Assembly (NCBI GenBank): GCA_013265495.1
Contig: MU057984.1
Span: 186,001-250,000, forward strand
Direction of reading: 5' to 3'
Length of the DNA: 64,000 nt
Origin: Vicugna vicugna
Lineage: Eukaryota
A program made the position numbers and the translations under genes. Each line of letters opens with the position of its first letter. The stretch's first letter is position 1. Below, piece after piece: positions 39,663-52,069 of the stretch. Under the pieces are notes generated by a model, which saw only the letters and a program-made list of their open reading frames with translations, did no database searches and was not told the DNA's origin.

Positions 39663-39783
39663 TTTTCTGGGGAAGGGGAGGAAATTAGATTTATGATCGA
39701 TTGATTGATTGAGGTACCGGGGGTTGAGCCCAGGCCCTCATGCATGTTAAGCACATGCTCTACCACTGAGCTGTACCCTCCCC
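39663..39783 (-). mobile_element. tRNA-Ala-derived SINE (vic-1 type) with TSD
   Basis: Reverse complement reads ggggagggtacagctcagtggtagagcatgtgcttaacatgcatgagggcctgggctcaacccccggtacctca; TSD cagagtaattc at 39647-39657 and 39792-39802. Confidence 0.88.
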
Positions 39784-41284
39784 ATCACCAGCAGAGTAAT
39801 TCATTTTCTATCACCATTGGCCCATATACACACACCACTGAAAAAAAAGTTTCACAAAACAGTCCCTACTCTTACCACATGTGATTTCTCTGATACTTCT
39901 ATTCTCTTCTCTTCTATTGTATTCATTTATTTTTAAAAAATGTTCATTTTGAGACCTGTACATTGTAAAACTCTGGTCTAAAGAGGAAAAAAGTACTGGA
40001 ATATTGAATTGCTCTATGTCTTTTATCAGATATAAATTTTCAACTCAAAATAAAACAAAACCATTTTAAATCTGTTTCCTCTGTGAACTGTAAGTCACAT
40101 AACAGAAGTATGTTTTTTGTTACAGATGTGTTGTGACATTCTACGTGGTTAGCCAAATCTCTTGGGAAATGTGGCTGGCAGCTAAGGGGCATCTTTGTTA
40201 CCGCTCTTCCTTGACACATCCATGGCAAGTATCACTACCTGATTACTTCACTCTTTCTTATCCAGTAGGTCTAGATGCCCCCTCAAAATCTTTCACAGAG
40301 CAGCCTTCCAGACAGCAATCCTCAACTGCTTTGAACTACCAGCACTAAGCAGCACTGCGGTCTCTGGAGAATCCTTGCAACCTAATTCTCTGGAGTCTCA
40401 AAAATAACAAAAGATTCATACCTTCTCTGAAGAGCAAAATTTTAATTCAGAGTATTTGTAATGAAAACTTCATCACTTCCTACTCTCATTGGGTCAGAGC
40501 AAATAAAGATTATGGGTTTTTTTTTCTCCATAAAAGCCTAATTGAGTCAATGACAATTCAATATGCATTAGCAAGAAGTATTTTTCACCATATCCTTTCC
40601 TAGAAGATAATCATGAGTTCATTATACAAGGATTAATTTTGAGCTCCAAAAACAAAGTAATATTAATTTAAATAAGACATAGTATTAACGAAATCTTTCA
40701 TTTTAATTTAATCAATTTGAAACCATTACCAACTCAACACATAAACTGTCCTGAAGGGTATTTTGAAGTGTTCTATGTAGTTCAGAAGAAGTGATAACTA
40801 TAAACTGTCTCGGTGATTTTCCCAAATTGAAGTCAGCGTCAGCAGTACAGAACTCAGACGACCCAGGTAGATAGCTATAAACTACAAACACCGTTGTCAT
40901 TCCTCTGCTACTGCCATCTGCATGTCACTGTCCCTACAGAAGTCATGCCTCATACCCCCACCCCATCATCTCCAATCCTTCACCACCCAACCTGAGGCAT
41001 ACAGAATGCAGAGGTGCAATCGAGGTGGGTGCTAATACCAGACTGGGGATGACGTGGGGTGAGGACGCACTGATAGGCACTGAGGAGTTGTGAAAAAGCC
41101 AGAAATGCCTAAACAGTCTACAGGTTTGTTCATGTGTATTCAGACATTTCCCATAACCTTGAAGGGGGGAAAAACTATGAAAAGCGGTGACAAACAGATA
41201 TTTATCTAATTACAGGGACAAATTCCTAGGAAGTATCCTCCTGCTTGGCTGTTTAAGATAGGTTCACTCTAGATACAGATATAA

Positions 41285-41432
41285 TAAGATATATATATGT
41301 GTGTGTGTGTGTGTATACACCTATATATGTATATATTTGCCTATATGTAGAGAGAATCAATCTCTTACATGGGTGTGTATATATATACATACACACACAC
41401 ACACACATACATACACACACATATATATATAC
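41285..41432. repeat. TA/TG and TA/CA microsatellite pair
   Basis: (TA)(TG) tract followed about 40 bp later by a (TA)(CA) tract. Confidence 0.85.
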
Positions 41433-42159
41433 AGTTATTTAACACAAAATAGGCAAAGAGATTTTTTTTTAAATTTGACTTAAGAATTGTTCACAATTTG
41501 TCAAGATACATTCAAAGCAGAATGCTAATTTTTGCTACTTCAACATTATATGAAGAAGAAAAATTTCAATAACGTGCAAAATTCATGATATATTCTGTGA
41601 CAGGGCACAGAAAAAAATAAAGAATATAAAAATAAGAAGGAAAGAAGAAAATACATAACAAAGTGAATACCTCAAAATACAGCTTTTTCATATGACGGAG
41701 GCTAAAATTTTAAACTAGAAACTTAATTGGAAATGGTTGGCAACTCATATGTTATTATACTTAACACCAAGTGGATTAATAGTGTTTTTAACTAAGCTCC
41801 TCTCTTACTAGATTGTGGAGAGATTTCTGGGTCTCATTGCTAACAACATAATGCATTTAACTGAAGGTTACTTATAGAATGAAAAACCAGGTAAAGAAAT
41901 GGTCATGCAACTGTCACTGACAATAGAACAAATATTATAAAGGCTACGACTGATTTAAAACTTAAAGCGTATAAGGTGTCGTTGACACACTCAAGATTTG
42001 TTTTTAGCTCATTGCTATATATTGGGATTATAGTGACCATCAACGGGAAGGCAATAGATTACTCTCATCATTCTCCCACAGCCAAACTATATGACATACA
42101 AGAGATCTTTGTGTTCAAACAAAATGGAACAGAAGGCACTACATGTTAAAATTTCCAAG

Positions 42160-42650
42160 AGAGAGGTGATCATTTTATAATGTATAAAAATAATGAATCC
42201 CTATGTCGTGCACCAGGAACTAACATAGTGTTGTAGGTCAATTACACTTCAACAAACCAATAAACTAACAAACTCATAGAAAAAGAGCTCAAGTTTGTCG
42301 TTATCAGAGCCAGAGGGTGGGGGAGGGAAAATTGGATGAAGTTGGTCAATAGGTGCAAGCTTCTTGTTACAAAATAAATAAATACCAGGGATATAATGTA
42401 CAACCCGATAAAGATAATTAACAATTCTGTATGTTATACAAAAATGGTGTTAAGAGACTAAATCCTAAAAGTTCTCATCACAGGGAAAAAACTTTTTCTT
42501 TTTATTTTATTTTGTATCTATATAAGATGATGGATATTCACTAAACTTTCATGATGTATGTAAGCCAAATCATTATGCTGTGCACCTTAAACACCTTAAA
42601 CTTATGTAGTGCTGTATATCAATTATATCTCAGTAAAACTGGAAGAAGGA
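42160..42650 (+). mobile_element. L1 3'UTR (L1MA9-like)
   Basis: ctcatagaaaaagagctcaagtttgtcgttatcagagccagagggtggggg...gtatatcaattatatctcagtaaaactggaag. Confidence 0.85.
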
Positions 42651-43094
42651 AATTCAAAGAGAAATACTAAATACTTTACACAAAAGAGAATGGACTACTA
42701 ACAACCAATTGTTGTTTACTGTGAATATAATCTGATTTTTGGAACTGGCTATAAGAAATAACGGAATTTGTGTGCCTAAAGGAGTAAATATTTCTCACAA
42801 AAACCCTGCTTTAAGAGATTCTAACTGGTGATTCATCTCTAGGGAAAGTGTGGAAATTGGGTTGAATGCCACAAAAGCTAAGATGCAGGTGGAAAATCAG
42901 AGAAGGCTGAGTGTCTTGAAGCTCCATTGCCACAGCTGATGATTTAAGGATTAAGTAAAGTATTTCTCAAAAGTTTAGCAAAAACAGCAAATGCAGTAAA
43001 AAAAAAAATTAGGAAACAATATATAGGTGAGGACAATCATTTTAGTGTACTTCCTGAAGTATTCAGAAAGCTTCCTCTTCAAGACATGCACACA

Positions 43095-43184
43095 GGAGAT
43101 GGTATAGCTCAGTGGCAGAGTGTGTGCTTAGCATGCCTGAGGTCCTGGGTCCAATCCAGAATATAGTCATTAAAAAAAAAAAAG
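43095..43184 (+). mobile_element. tRNA-Ala-derived SINE (vic-1 type)
   Basis: ggtatagctcagtggcagagtgtgtgcttagcatgcctgaggtcctgggtccaatcc followed by a poly(A) tail. Confidence 0.85.
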
Positions 43185-43611
43185 TGCACAGAGGTTTATT
43201 TGATGGGATTATTTAAAAGAACCCATACCATCCCTACCAACTAAATCTTCATGTCCGAAAGTTACAGAGCTAATGATAAGTTTTTACCTTAGGTAGTTAC
43301 TATTAGAAAGGTGGGAAAATGTAAATAACTTGGCAACAACATCACTGTCATTGGTAGCCTATGTGGGTAGAATTAGTTGAAAATGACTCCCCTTCACCAA
43401 CTTCAGTTGAAAGTGAACATTTAATTAGTACAGCACACCAGCTTACAGTGACAAAGCAATCTAGTAGCTGCTGATGCTAAGTTTTGTTCCTTATTAGTAA
43501 GGAAGCCAATGTCGCCCTTTTTGAAGTACCACATCATGGTCCCAATTTCTTCTGGACCTACTTAAAAAGTTGTTTTTTCTCCTGTGTCTTGATAAAGAGA
43601 TAACTGTCATA

Positions 43612-44155
43612 TGTGAGCATAACTTGCCACCTCAAAATGTCTGTTCGACACTTGGATTATTTCAAATTGGAAAGAATCAAGACCCAAAAGATTCAGGAAG
43701 AATTTCTGACCTTCCCCCTAACTGCCTAACAGGAGACAGACAGAGGACCTGTTCTAGGAAGGGAGTGATCACCGTAGACTAGTATGAACTAGATGCAGAG
43801 ACAGGCAGGAATCCAGCAGAGTCTGTTTGTTAAAACTTCTCTGTGTCGTATTGCCTCTGTTTGGTCCAGCAAACATTGTTTACCAAACATCTGCTTTTTC
43901 ATCTCCATGTGAATTGCCTTCCTCCTCTTAGAAGTCCCACAACACTACCCACAACATCCTTTTTTGTCTCTAACTAAAGATGGTATTTAAGGTGCCAGTT
44001 TCAGCTATTTGGCGAGTTACTCAGTTCTGCTGGGTCTCTCCCATGTACACGTTATTAAACTTTTATTTGATTTTCTCTTGCTAATCTGTCTCATGTCAGT
44101 TAAATTCTCTGACCAGCCAGAAGTACCTACAAAGGCAGAGGAAAATTTCCTCCAG
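43612..44155 (+). mobile_element. Solo LTR (ERV1, MER34/MER39-like)
   Basis: tgtgagcataacttgccacctcaaaatgtc start; TATA-like gtatttaagg; ATTAAA signal; U5 gaccagccagaagtacctacaaaggcagaggaaaatttcctcc. Confidence 0.7.
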
Positions 44156-45132
44156 TAATCATTTTCCACAGCAAGTGGTTTCATAATTCACGTTATGCCA
44201 TTTAAGAATAGTCTTTAAGAAAGATTCTATTCTGCAGTGATAACAGGGTCATGGAAATAAGCATTTTCACTGAATGAAGTGATTCTATCATCATCATATT
44301 AAATAATTTTCCACATAGAAAAGAAAGCTTTTGCAAGTGATACTTGAGTGCATTTCAGTAGTTTAACCATCCATTTTCTATGCCTCAACAGAGATTTACC
44401 CAGGGAGAAGAAGGTGAGCAAATAATTGATTTATAGACTCAAAGTATTTTAAGTCCTATTTTCTATGCTGGAGCAAAAGTTGAAGATTCTAAATAATCAC
44501 TCTCTGAAGAAATTCACCTGCATATTTAAAAATGAAAATAACCATTATTTATGGCTAATTTAAAAATTTGATTTAAATAAATGAGTACTAACAATAATTA
44601 AATAAAATTAAGTAAATCAAATTAAAACATGATTAATAACAATACTGTGCTCATGTTTCATTGAAATCAAGACTCTCAATATTTGACTTTATCAAATAAT
44701 CCTGGACATGGATTTAGTCCAGGATTTAATACTTTAATACTTCACATAAGACAATCCTATTCTTTGTCACTATTATTTAAAAACCCAACTTGATGACAGT
44801 TGCTTGAAATGTATTTCAAAGTGAAAGGTCTGCTGTAGAAACCAGGGAGAAGCAATACTGAAAGAGTCTAGCGAGTACAATCCTGTTTTCATCATATGTG
44901 TGAGGAAAGCACACAGGCTAAGGTTAAGTCTGCGCTAGTAACTCTTGAAACACGCAGGTAAAATGCTCATCAGTACAGCCATTACGATACCATAGAATTG
45001 AAAGATCCTTTCTATAAGCATTTAAGGTGCATATTACTGGATTTAAAATAAAATTGTTATAATTTGAATAATTTATCCAAATATGCTCATTTAACATGGA
45101 TTTTTTTAAGGACATCGATTTAGGTATACAAC

Positions 45133-45626
45133 TGAAAGCAGATCTTTTGCCCCTTTCCTGTTCGCCCTTTTCTGTACCCCTCTAACCTTAAAAGAACCTA
45201 GTTAAAGGAATGAGATCACTAGGAAATTGAAACTAACTCCTGACTTATGCTCTCCCGAATGCACACCATGCCTTGAAGAATGAAGCAGTTAAAGAATGAT
45301 TAGCTCTCTACCCCCAGTAGCCCCCTTAGCAATCCTATAGGCAGATCACATGGGCAAGATCACATCTGAAGAGTCAGTCAGTCGGCACACAATGAAAAAG
45401 GATGCAGAACCTAACCTCCCACCTCAATGATTCACTCAGATTTCCCACTCAATTTTCCCCTTTAAAAACTGTCATGACTGAGCAGAATCTTTGGAGCTGA
45501 TCTCTGGACATGAGTCCACTGTCTCCCCAGATTGCTGGCTTTTCTGATTAAAGCACCTTTTCCTTCTACTGACACTTGCATCTCAAATTACTGGCTTTTG
45601 AGCAGCTGAACCTGAGTTCAGTAACA
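45133..45626 (+). mobile_element. Solo LTR (ERV1-like)
   Basis: tgaaagcag...ccctttaaaaact...gattaaagcacctttt...gaacctgagttcagtaaca, with TG...CA ends. Confidence 0.65.
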
Positions 45627-45687
45627 CAACAAAAGCTCCAACTGTTTGCAAAAAGACAGAGTCTATAAATATTCAATGGTCTCTTAC

Positions 45688-45785
45688 CAGAGCAGTACCT
45701 TCCACTTTAGTAGTTTTTAACGGTGGTGCAGGAGTGCTATGGATCTCAAGATAATACCAGACTCGATAATTGTTAATAGTATCAT
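45688..45785 (-). CDS. CFAP47: CFAP47 internal coding exon, (D)DTINNYRVWYYLEIHSTPAPPLKTTKVEGTAL
   Basis: Long pyrimidine tract ttttcttcttgcag and donor gtaaga; 98 nt, phase 1-0; not in the ORF track, read manually; WYxLEIHSxPxPP motif as recalled for CFAP47. Confidence 0.9.
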
Positions 45786-46105
45786 CTGCAAGAAGAAAAA
45801 AAACAGCACATCTTAATATAAGCTTCAGAATACCATACTTAATATAAAAATTTGAGAAACATGAACAGATATCATTTCCAAAGTCTTTTTGATGGACTCA
45901 TTTGTCAAGAGATCTGAGGGGAGGGTGAAAAGTGATTTCATCACAGTTTGTGAGCAGTAAAAAAGAAGCCTCATCTTGCAGGGCCACGAGAACAGACTGT
46001 GAAAAGCTCCCTGCCTCATGCCTGTCCCAGTATCTCATTAAGTGCCCTACAAAAATGAGAGTGTTTTCCTTTTCAGTTAAGAATTAATATTTTGAAAGAA
46101 GTAAT

Positions 46106-46673
46106 CGTTAGAGCAGGCAGGTAGCTAGATATGAGCAGAGAAAGGGTGACATGGGCAAATGGCAGAAAACCATACATCTTGTGAACAATGGGGGTCCTTG
46201 GACAGACCAAGAAAAACAGGATCCTCTGGACTGATAAAAAACCATTCCTTCTGGGTTGATAAGTGTTCTGGAGTCTTGAAGGGTGGAACAGGACAGGAAT
46301 CCCAACCATCCGAATGTAACCTTTTGATCATTATGACCTCTGACCAAATGTAACCTTTTGCTTACGATACTCCTCATCCGAATGTAACCTTTTGTTCATT
46401 ATTACCTCATCCAACTTCCCAGTCAAGACTAAATAATGACGAAAAATCCCTCCTCCCCACCTGGGAAGATGGATCAGGAAAGATGACCCCAAACCCCTCC
46501 CCACCAGTGAATATTCTGCCCACCCATTTTTACACTCATATAACTTGCTTGCCAAGGAAACTCGGGGCAGTCACCCACCTGGGTCTATCCCTTAATAAAT
46601 CCTTGTTTTGCTTTCTTAACCTCTGCGTCTTGTCTCTAAGTTCTTTCTGGGACAAGAACCTCTTACCCCAACA
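46106..46673 (+). mobile_element. Solo LTR (ERV1-like) with an internal 34-bp tandem array
   Basis: (c)gttagagc...ccccaaca ends, TATAA, AATAAA; flanks taat/taac resemble a 4-bp TSD. Confidence 0.75.
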
Positions 46674-46836
46674 TAACCACTCTTTTCCCCTCAAATTGCC
46701 AAAGTATTCACAACTTCTAAGTAGAAGTATCTAAATATGGTATTAAAATTCAAATAGAGTACATTTTCAGTACCATAAAAACATAGCCTAGGTTAAAAAT
46801 CAGGAATAGTTCATGAGCTTCCTGGTTTCTTGGGCA

Positions 46837-47220
46837 TGTGAAAGAGGATCCTAGCAATTTAGACCCCAAAAAAGATGGGTAATGAACTATCAAAAAAAAA
46901 AAGGAAAAAGAAGAAGAAATAACAGGTTCAAGGTGGAGCCACTCACCCTTAGGTCAGTAAACCAAGAGTTAACTGAAGTTTCAACCTCTCCCAGGAATGA
47001 AATTTCTGGAATTTCCTGGTCAGCACTAGAGAGGTAACTTTGCCCTGAAACAATCTTTTGTTTTCTTTTGCAAATAACCTCCTTGTCCACCTCTTTCCTA
47101 GTTTCTATAAAATCTGGGAGTAGCTTTTATTTTCTAGATGGGATGCCATCTGCTTAATGAATTGATGAATAAAGTTAATTAGATCTTCAAATTTACTCAC
47201 TTGAATTTTGGTTTTGACCA
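46837..47220 (+). mobile_element. Solo LTR (ERV1-like)
   Basis: tgtgaaagag start; ctataaaa TATA; aataaagttaattagatcttcaaatttactc...ttttgacca end. Confidence 0.6.
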
Positions 47221-47645
47221 AGACTAAGAGGTGAGAAAATAATGTTTACATCTGGGTTCCCAATTTTTTTTTTTTAAATTTTTAAAAACAGGCCTTTCTG
47301 CCCCCGGTGATGTCCAAAGTCACATTCCCAAATCCTGAAACCAGACCCTGTTCCACCACAACAGTCCTGTGTAGCAGGGTTTCCACCGGCATCAAACCCA
47401 GGTTCTTTCCATTTGTTCTTATCTGTTCAGCTTCTCACTTTGATGTTCTTTATTCTTCAGTGTTGAACTAGATTACAATTTAAGATGACTTCTCATTTGC
47501 TTTGACAATGACTAATGACAGTTCATTATCTGCATATTCATATCAATATTGTCAAATTTTAAAGATTTCAAGAACTGCTATGTTTGAATAAGTTACTTAG
47601 GTAGATCATTATGCCTCTTTGGGCCTCTATTTCCTTGTCTATGTA

Positions 47646-47796
47646 TTTTTTATTTTTATTTTATTTTTCTGAGGAGGGGTAATTAGGTTTATTTGTTTAT
47701 TTACTTGTTTATTTTTAAGTGGAGGTACTGGGGATTGAACCCAGGAGCTCGTGCATACTAAGCACACACTCTACCACTGAGCTATACCCCCTCCCC
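47646..47796 (-). mobile_element. tRNA-Ala-derived SINE (vic-1 type) inserted in a MIR
   Basis: Reverse complement reads ggggaggggtatagctcagtggtagagtgtgtgcttagtatgcacgagctcctgggttcaatccccagtacctcca; the MIR core (gcctctatttccttgtctatg / tctatgaaataagg) is split around it. Confidence 0.88.
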
Positions 47797-47949
47797 ATCT
47801 ATGAAATAAGGAGCCAAGACCCGTGCAATTCTCAGTTTCTGTCTTCTGAAAAAGAGTGTTTTGTTTTGCATTGCATTACATGGCACTGCACTGTATTATT
47901 ATACTGTATTGTAAGGCACTGAATGGCATTGTATTGTATCAAACTGTAT

Positions 47950-48282
47950 TGCATGGCTCAAATAACTGCCTTAGTAAGTCCAAAATCTGTAGGTTAGGCC
48001 AACAGGCTGGACATCCAAGAAACAGATAGAGTTGTCCAAAGGCAGTTTACTGGGAGAATTCCTTTTTGCTCTGGGGAGGTCAGTCTTTATGCTATTAAGA
48101 CCTTCAACTGATTAGATGAGGCCCACCCACATTATGGAGGGCAATCTTCTTTATTGAAAGTACAAAGATTTAAATGTAATTCTCATTCAAACTCACCTTC
48201 ACAGAAACATTCAGAATAATGTTTAACCTAATATCTGGGCACTGTGACCCACCCAAGTTGACTCATAAAATTAATTATTGCA
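47950..48282 (-). mobile_element. ERVL LTR (MLT2-type)
   Basis: gaccttcaactgattagatgaggcccacccacattatggagggcaatctt...ccaagttgactcataaaattaa; adjacent degenerate (ATTGT)n at about 47866-47950. Confidence 0.85.
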
Positions 48283-48779
48283 GGGACAAGAACATCTACT
48301 ACTTGTAATTCCTGTGACTATCACATAAGGTAGTACTGTCATGGAACTAATACAATTCCTACAGTGCTAAAAATGTACAATGAATATGAATTTATTGGTT
48401 AGAGTGAGATTAATGATAAGTTATTAAAGAGACAACAAAAATTATAGTTATTAAACATTGTTTAACTATAGGCTTTAAACATATTAAAACTTTTTTCTAA
48501 TTATAAAATTGGTAGCATTCATGATGGCAATTTGAGAAGTTACTGAAAAACTTAAAAAGATAAAAATCATTCATTATCTCATGATCAAGAGTAAAGTACT
48601 TTTTTTGTATAAAATTTCAGGTTTAATATATCAATAAGGACACAGATATAGAGATAGACATAAACATACATAAATACACTGGGATATACACATTACACAT
48701 AATTTATACATCCATATATATGTGTTTGCATATGCACACTTCTATCATTCAGAGAATATTAACTATTAAATTTAAGTTC

Positions 48780-49722
48780 ATTACTAGTCATTATGGAAAT
48801 GCAAATGAAAACCACAATGACATATCACACCTGTTAGAATAGCCATGAACAAAGAGATAAGAGATAACAAATGCTGGCGTGGATGTGGAGAAAAGAGAAC
48901 CCTGTGCACTACTGGCAGGACTGTAAATTGGTATAGTTAATATGGAAAACAGTATAGAGGATCCTCATAAAATTAAAACCAGCATAACCATATGACCCAG
49001 CAATTCCACTTCTGGCAATATATCTGAAGGAAACAAAAACATTAACTTTAAAAGTTATCTGTACCCTCATGTTCATAGCAGCATTATTTACAGTAGCCAA
49101 GACATGGAAACAACCTAAGACTCCATTAATGAATGAATGGATAAAGAAGTTGTGGTACATATAGTCAATGGAACATTATTTAGCTATAAAAAAAACAAGG
49201 AAATTCTGCCATTTGTGACAACATGGGTGGACCATGAAGGCACTATGCTAAGTGAAATAAGTCAGATGGAGGACAAACAATGCATAATTTCAATTATACA
49301 TGGAATCTAAAACAAACAAACAAACAAACAAAACCAAACTCCTAAAAAAAGAGATCAGATTCGTGGTTACCAGAGGCAGAGGGTGGGGGGAAGGGGAAAT
49401 GACAGAAAGTGGTCAAAAGGTACAAACTTCCAGTTATGACAAATAAGTACTTGGGACGTAATGTACAGCGTGATGACTATAGCTAATACTGCGATATACA
49501 GAAAAGTTGTTAAGAGAGTAAATTCTAGGAGTTCTCATCATGAGAAAATTGTTTTTCCTTTTTTCTCTCTTTTCTTTTTACCGTATCTATATGAGAAGAT
49601 AGATGTTAGCTAAACCTAGTGTGGTAATCATTTCACAACATATGTAAATCAAACCCTTATGCTGTACACCTTAAACTTACACAGTGATGTATGTCGATTA
49701 TTTTTCAATAAAGTTAAAAAAA
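48780..49722 (+). mobile_element. L1 ORF2 C-terminus plus 3'UTR (L1MA9-like)
   Basis: gaaatgcaaatgaaaaccacaatgacatatcac...ccatatgacccagcaattccacttctgg...tcaataaagttaaaaaaa. Confidence 0.9.
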
Positions 49723-50094
49723 TTTATGTGCAGGTCATACCTACTCAAAAATATTTTAAATAAAACTTAAAAATTAAAAAATTAACATTTCACTTATTTA
49801 ACATAGTAGATCATATAAGGAATGTTCCTACATAAAAATATTTGTGTATGTCTTTGATTATTTTATTCCAACAATTCTTAGGATGAAATCATTGGATCAA
49901 AGGAGATAAACAATTCTCAAACATTTTAAACACATTGTTAAAGCCTTCTTCTAAATTTTAGCAAGTCAAATTTCCATTTAATGCATAGGATTGTCTCTTT
50001 CAACCTGACCCTTGCTTAAACTGGGTGTTATCACCATCATTTTTCAGATTTCCTTATTTGGAAGGTTAAAAAACTTCTTATTTAATTATTGTCA

Positions 50095-50655
50095 TTTCTT
50101 TTTTGTCCCAGCTTTACTGAAACACAACTGACTATTAAAAACGGTACATATTTAAGGTGTACAACTTGATCTGATAGACATATACATTGTGAAATAACCA
50201 TCACAATCAAGCTAACTCACAGATTTATCATCTTATATAGTTATCCTTTTTTCATGGAACATAAAGACACTTAAGATCTACCTTCTAACTTAATATTGTT
50301 AAAATGTCTATACTACCCAAAGTGATGTATATTCAATGTAATACCTATCACAGTCCCAATGGCATACTTAAAAGTACTTAATTTGTAGGGAAATTTTAGG
50401 TTCACAGCAAAACTGAGAAGGTTCAGAGCTTTCCCATAAACATCCTGCCCCCATTCATGGATACCTTCACCCACTATTAACCACCCCCACCAAAGTGGTA
50501 CATGTGGCACAATTAATAAACCTGAATAGACACACACACAAAATGATCTACCTTCTAAGCAAATTTCAAGTATAAGTTGCCACCCTGTTAGCTATAACTA
50601 CCTGGCTATACGTGAGGTCTCCAGAACTTACTCATTTTGTGTAACAGAAACTCTT
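50095..50655 (-). mobile_element. Nested old L1 3'-end fragments
   Basis: Antisense L1MA/MB tails (cagctttactgaaacacaactgac; ttttaggttcacagcaaaactgag; gaggtctccagaacttactcat). Confidence 0.7.
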
Positions 50656-51273
50656 CTGACTGAAAAGAAATGTATGCTGAGCAATCAGTAAGAAAAAGAC
50701 CCAGGTTACTACAGGGCATGGAAAGGTTAACCCCATTTGAGTAGGAATATGGGAAGGCCTGTCTGAAGAATTGGGGGTATCTGTAGATGTATTTTTCCTA
50801 GCTCTTATTCTATCTTACAACCTGTCATCCCACAGCTTAGATTTTTAAAAATTAAATATCATTGCAGTTTAGCCCATTAGCATGACACCATAATACTCTA
50901 ATTTTCTTTGAAACTCTACTAAATGCTTCTACTTGATTTTCCTTCATGGTTCTTCTGCCTTAGATTTTGATGACGGTTTACCTCTTAGCATAATCCATCT
51001 ACAACAGTCATTTATTCTTTGTCCTCACCTGCATAATTTCAACTGAAGAAACCCTGCAGCTTTACAACCTGTTTTATTATTTTGTCACCTTATTATAACT
51101 CCAAATATTCAGCTGATGACTGGATATTGCCATGTATATGTCTTGCAGTAACACCAAAACCAGGAAGTTCAAAACTGTGCTAAGCATTATAATCTCCCAG
51201 ACATTTTTATTTCTTCTTGCTGAGAGTTAAAGTAAACAATGCCACAATATTGCTGCCTCTGCATCTATTTGGT

Positions 51274-51750
51274 GTGACCAAGCCGCCTGCAAGGGTCTTC
51301 AGTTGACTCCAGTAACCCAGTAACCCTAGTACCTAGTTGACCGAGGTAACAGCCCACATGGTCACAAGTAAATGTAATTTCCTAACATGACTCCCCCAAC
51401 TACCCTTGTGATAAGCACTCTCCCAAGCCTCCCAGGCCTTTCTCTTAGATCAGACTCCCACAAAGCTCACCAAAACCCCACTCTTTTTGGTTTGAATTGA
51501 CCGATCTGGCCTTAGCCAGGGAACTCTAAAGCACTTCACCCAAAGACACTAATAAAGGCATGTGCTCCAGGTCCCTCCTCTCTGTCTGCACTCTGTCTTG
51601 ATCTCCTCAAAGTGTGCGGTGCACCTGCTCCAGGACTTGTGAGTAATAAACTCCTCTATTTCACTTTCCCTTGTGATTTTTGTTGCAACGTGGTTCACTG
51701 TCCAACACCCCAGTGCTCTACTTAACAAATGTGAATTTCATAAAGTCACA
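51274..51750 (+). mobile_element. ERVL-type solo LTR (MER73/MER74-like)
   Basis: tgtgaccaag start, two AATAAA signals, ctccaggacttgtgagtaataaactcc, end ttaacaaatgtgaatttcataaagtcaca. Confidence 0.65.
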
Positions 51751-52069
51751 ATGCTTCAGAATTTCTGTCTTAGTATTTTTCTCTTTACCAAGATACAAAT
51801 AAATCTTGTAACTTTTGGGAATCAATTCTATCTTCTGTCTCAAGAGAGTCATTTAATACTTGTCTCTGAAATGCTTTCCATATTTTATGGTTCTCCAGAT
51901 AGAGAACTTCTATTTGTAGAACTTCTCCATCCCCATTGTCACTGTAAAAGACATTGTTCTCGTCACTTCAAACCCAGTTAAGCTGTTGCGGTGGCCTACC
52001 TGGCCTCAACTGCTCTTCCTTTTCTGAACCATTTTGAAAAGTGCCTAAAACCACTCAACCCATGTATTC

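Noticed and set aside
44924..45115. ORF containing ILWYRNG as the CFAP47 WY exon
   Set aside because: The true WYYLEIHS exon is at 45688-45785 with proper splice sites and phase.
46307..46408. CRISPR-like repeat array
   Set aside because: Mammalian DNA; contiguous tandem units without unique spacers; no cas genes.
46073..46734. Dense cluster of six short ORFs
   Set aside because: All lie in or overlap a solo LTR with higher GC and therefore fewer stop codons; no gag/pol/env motifs.
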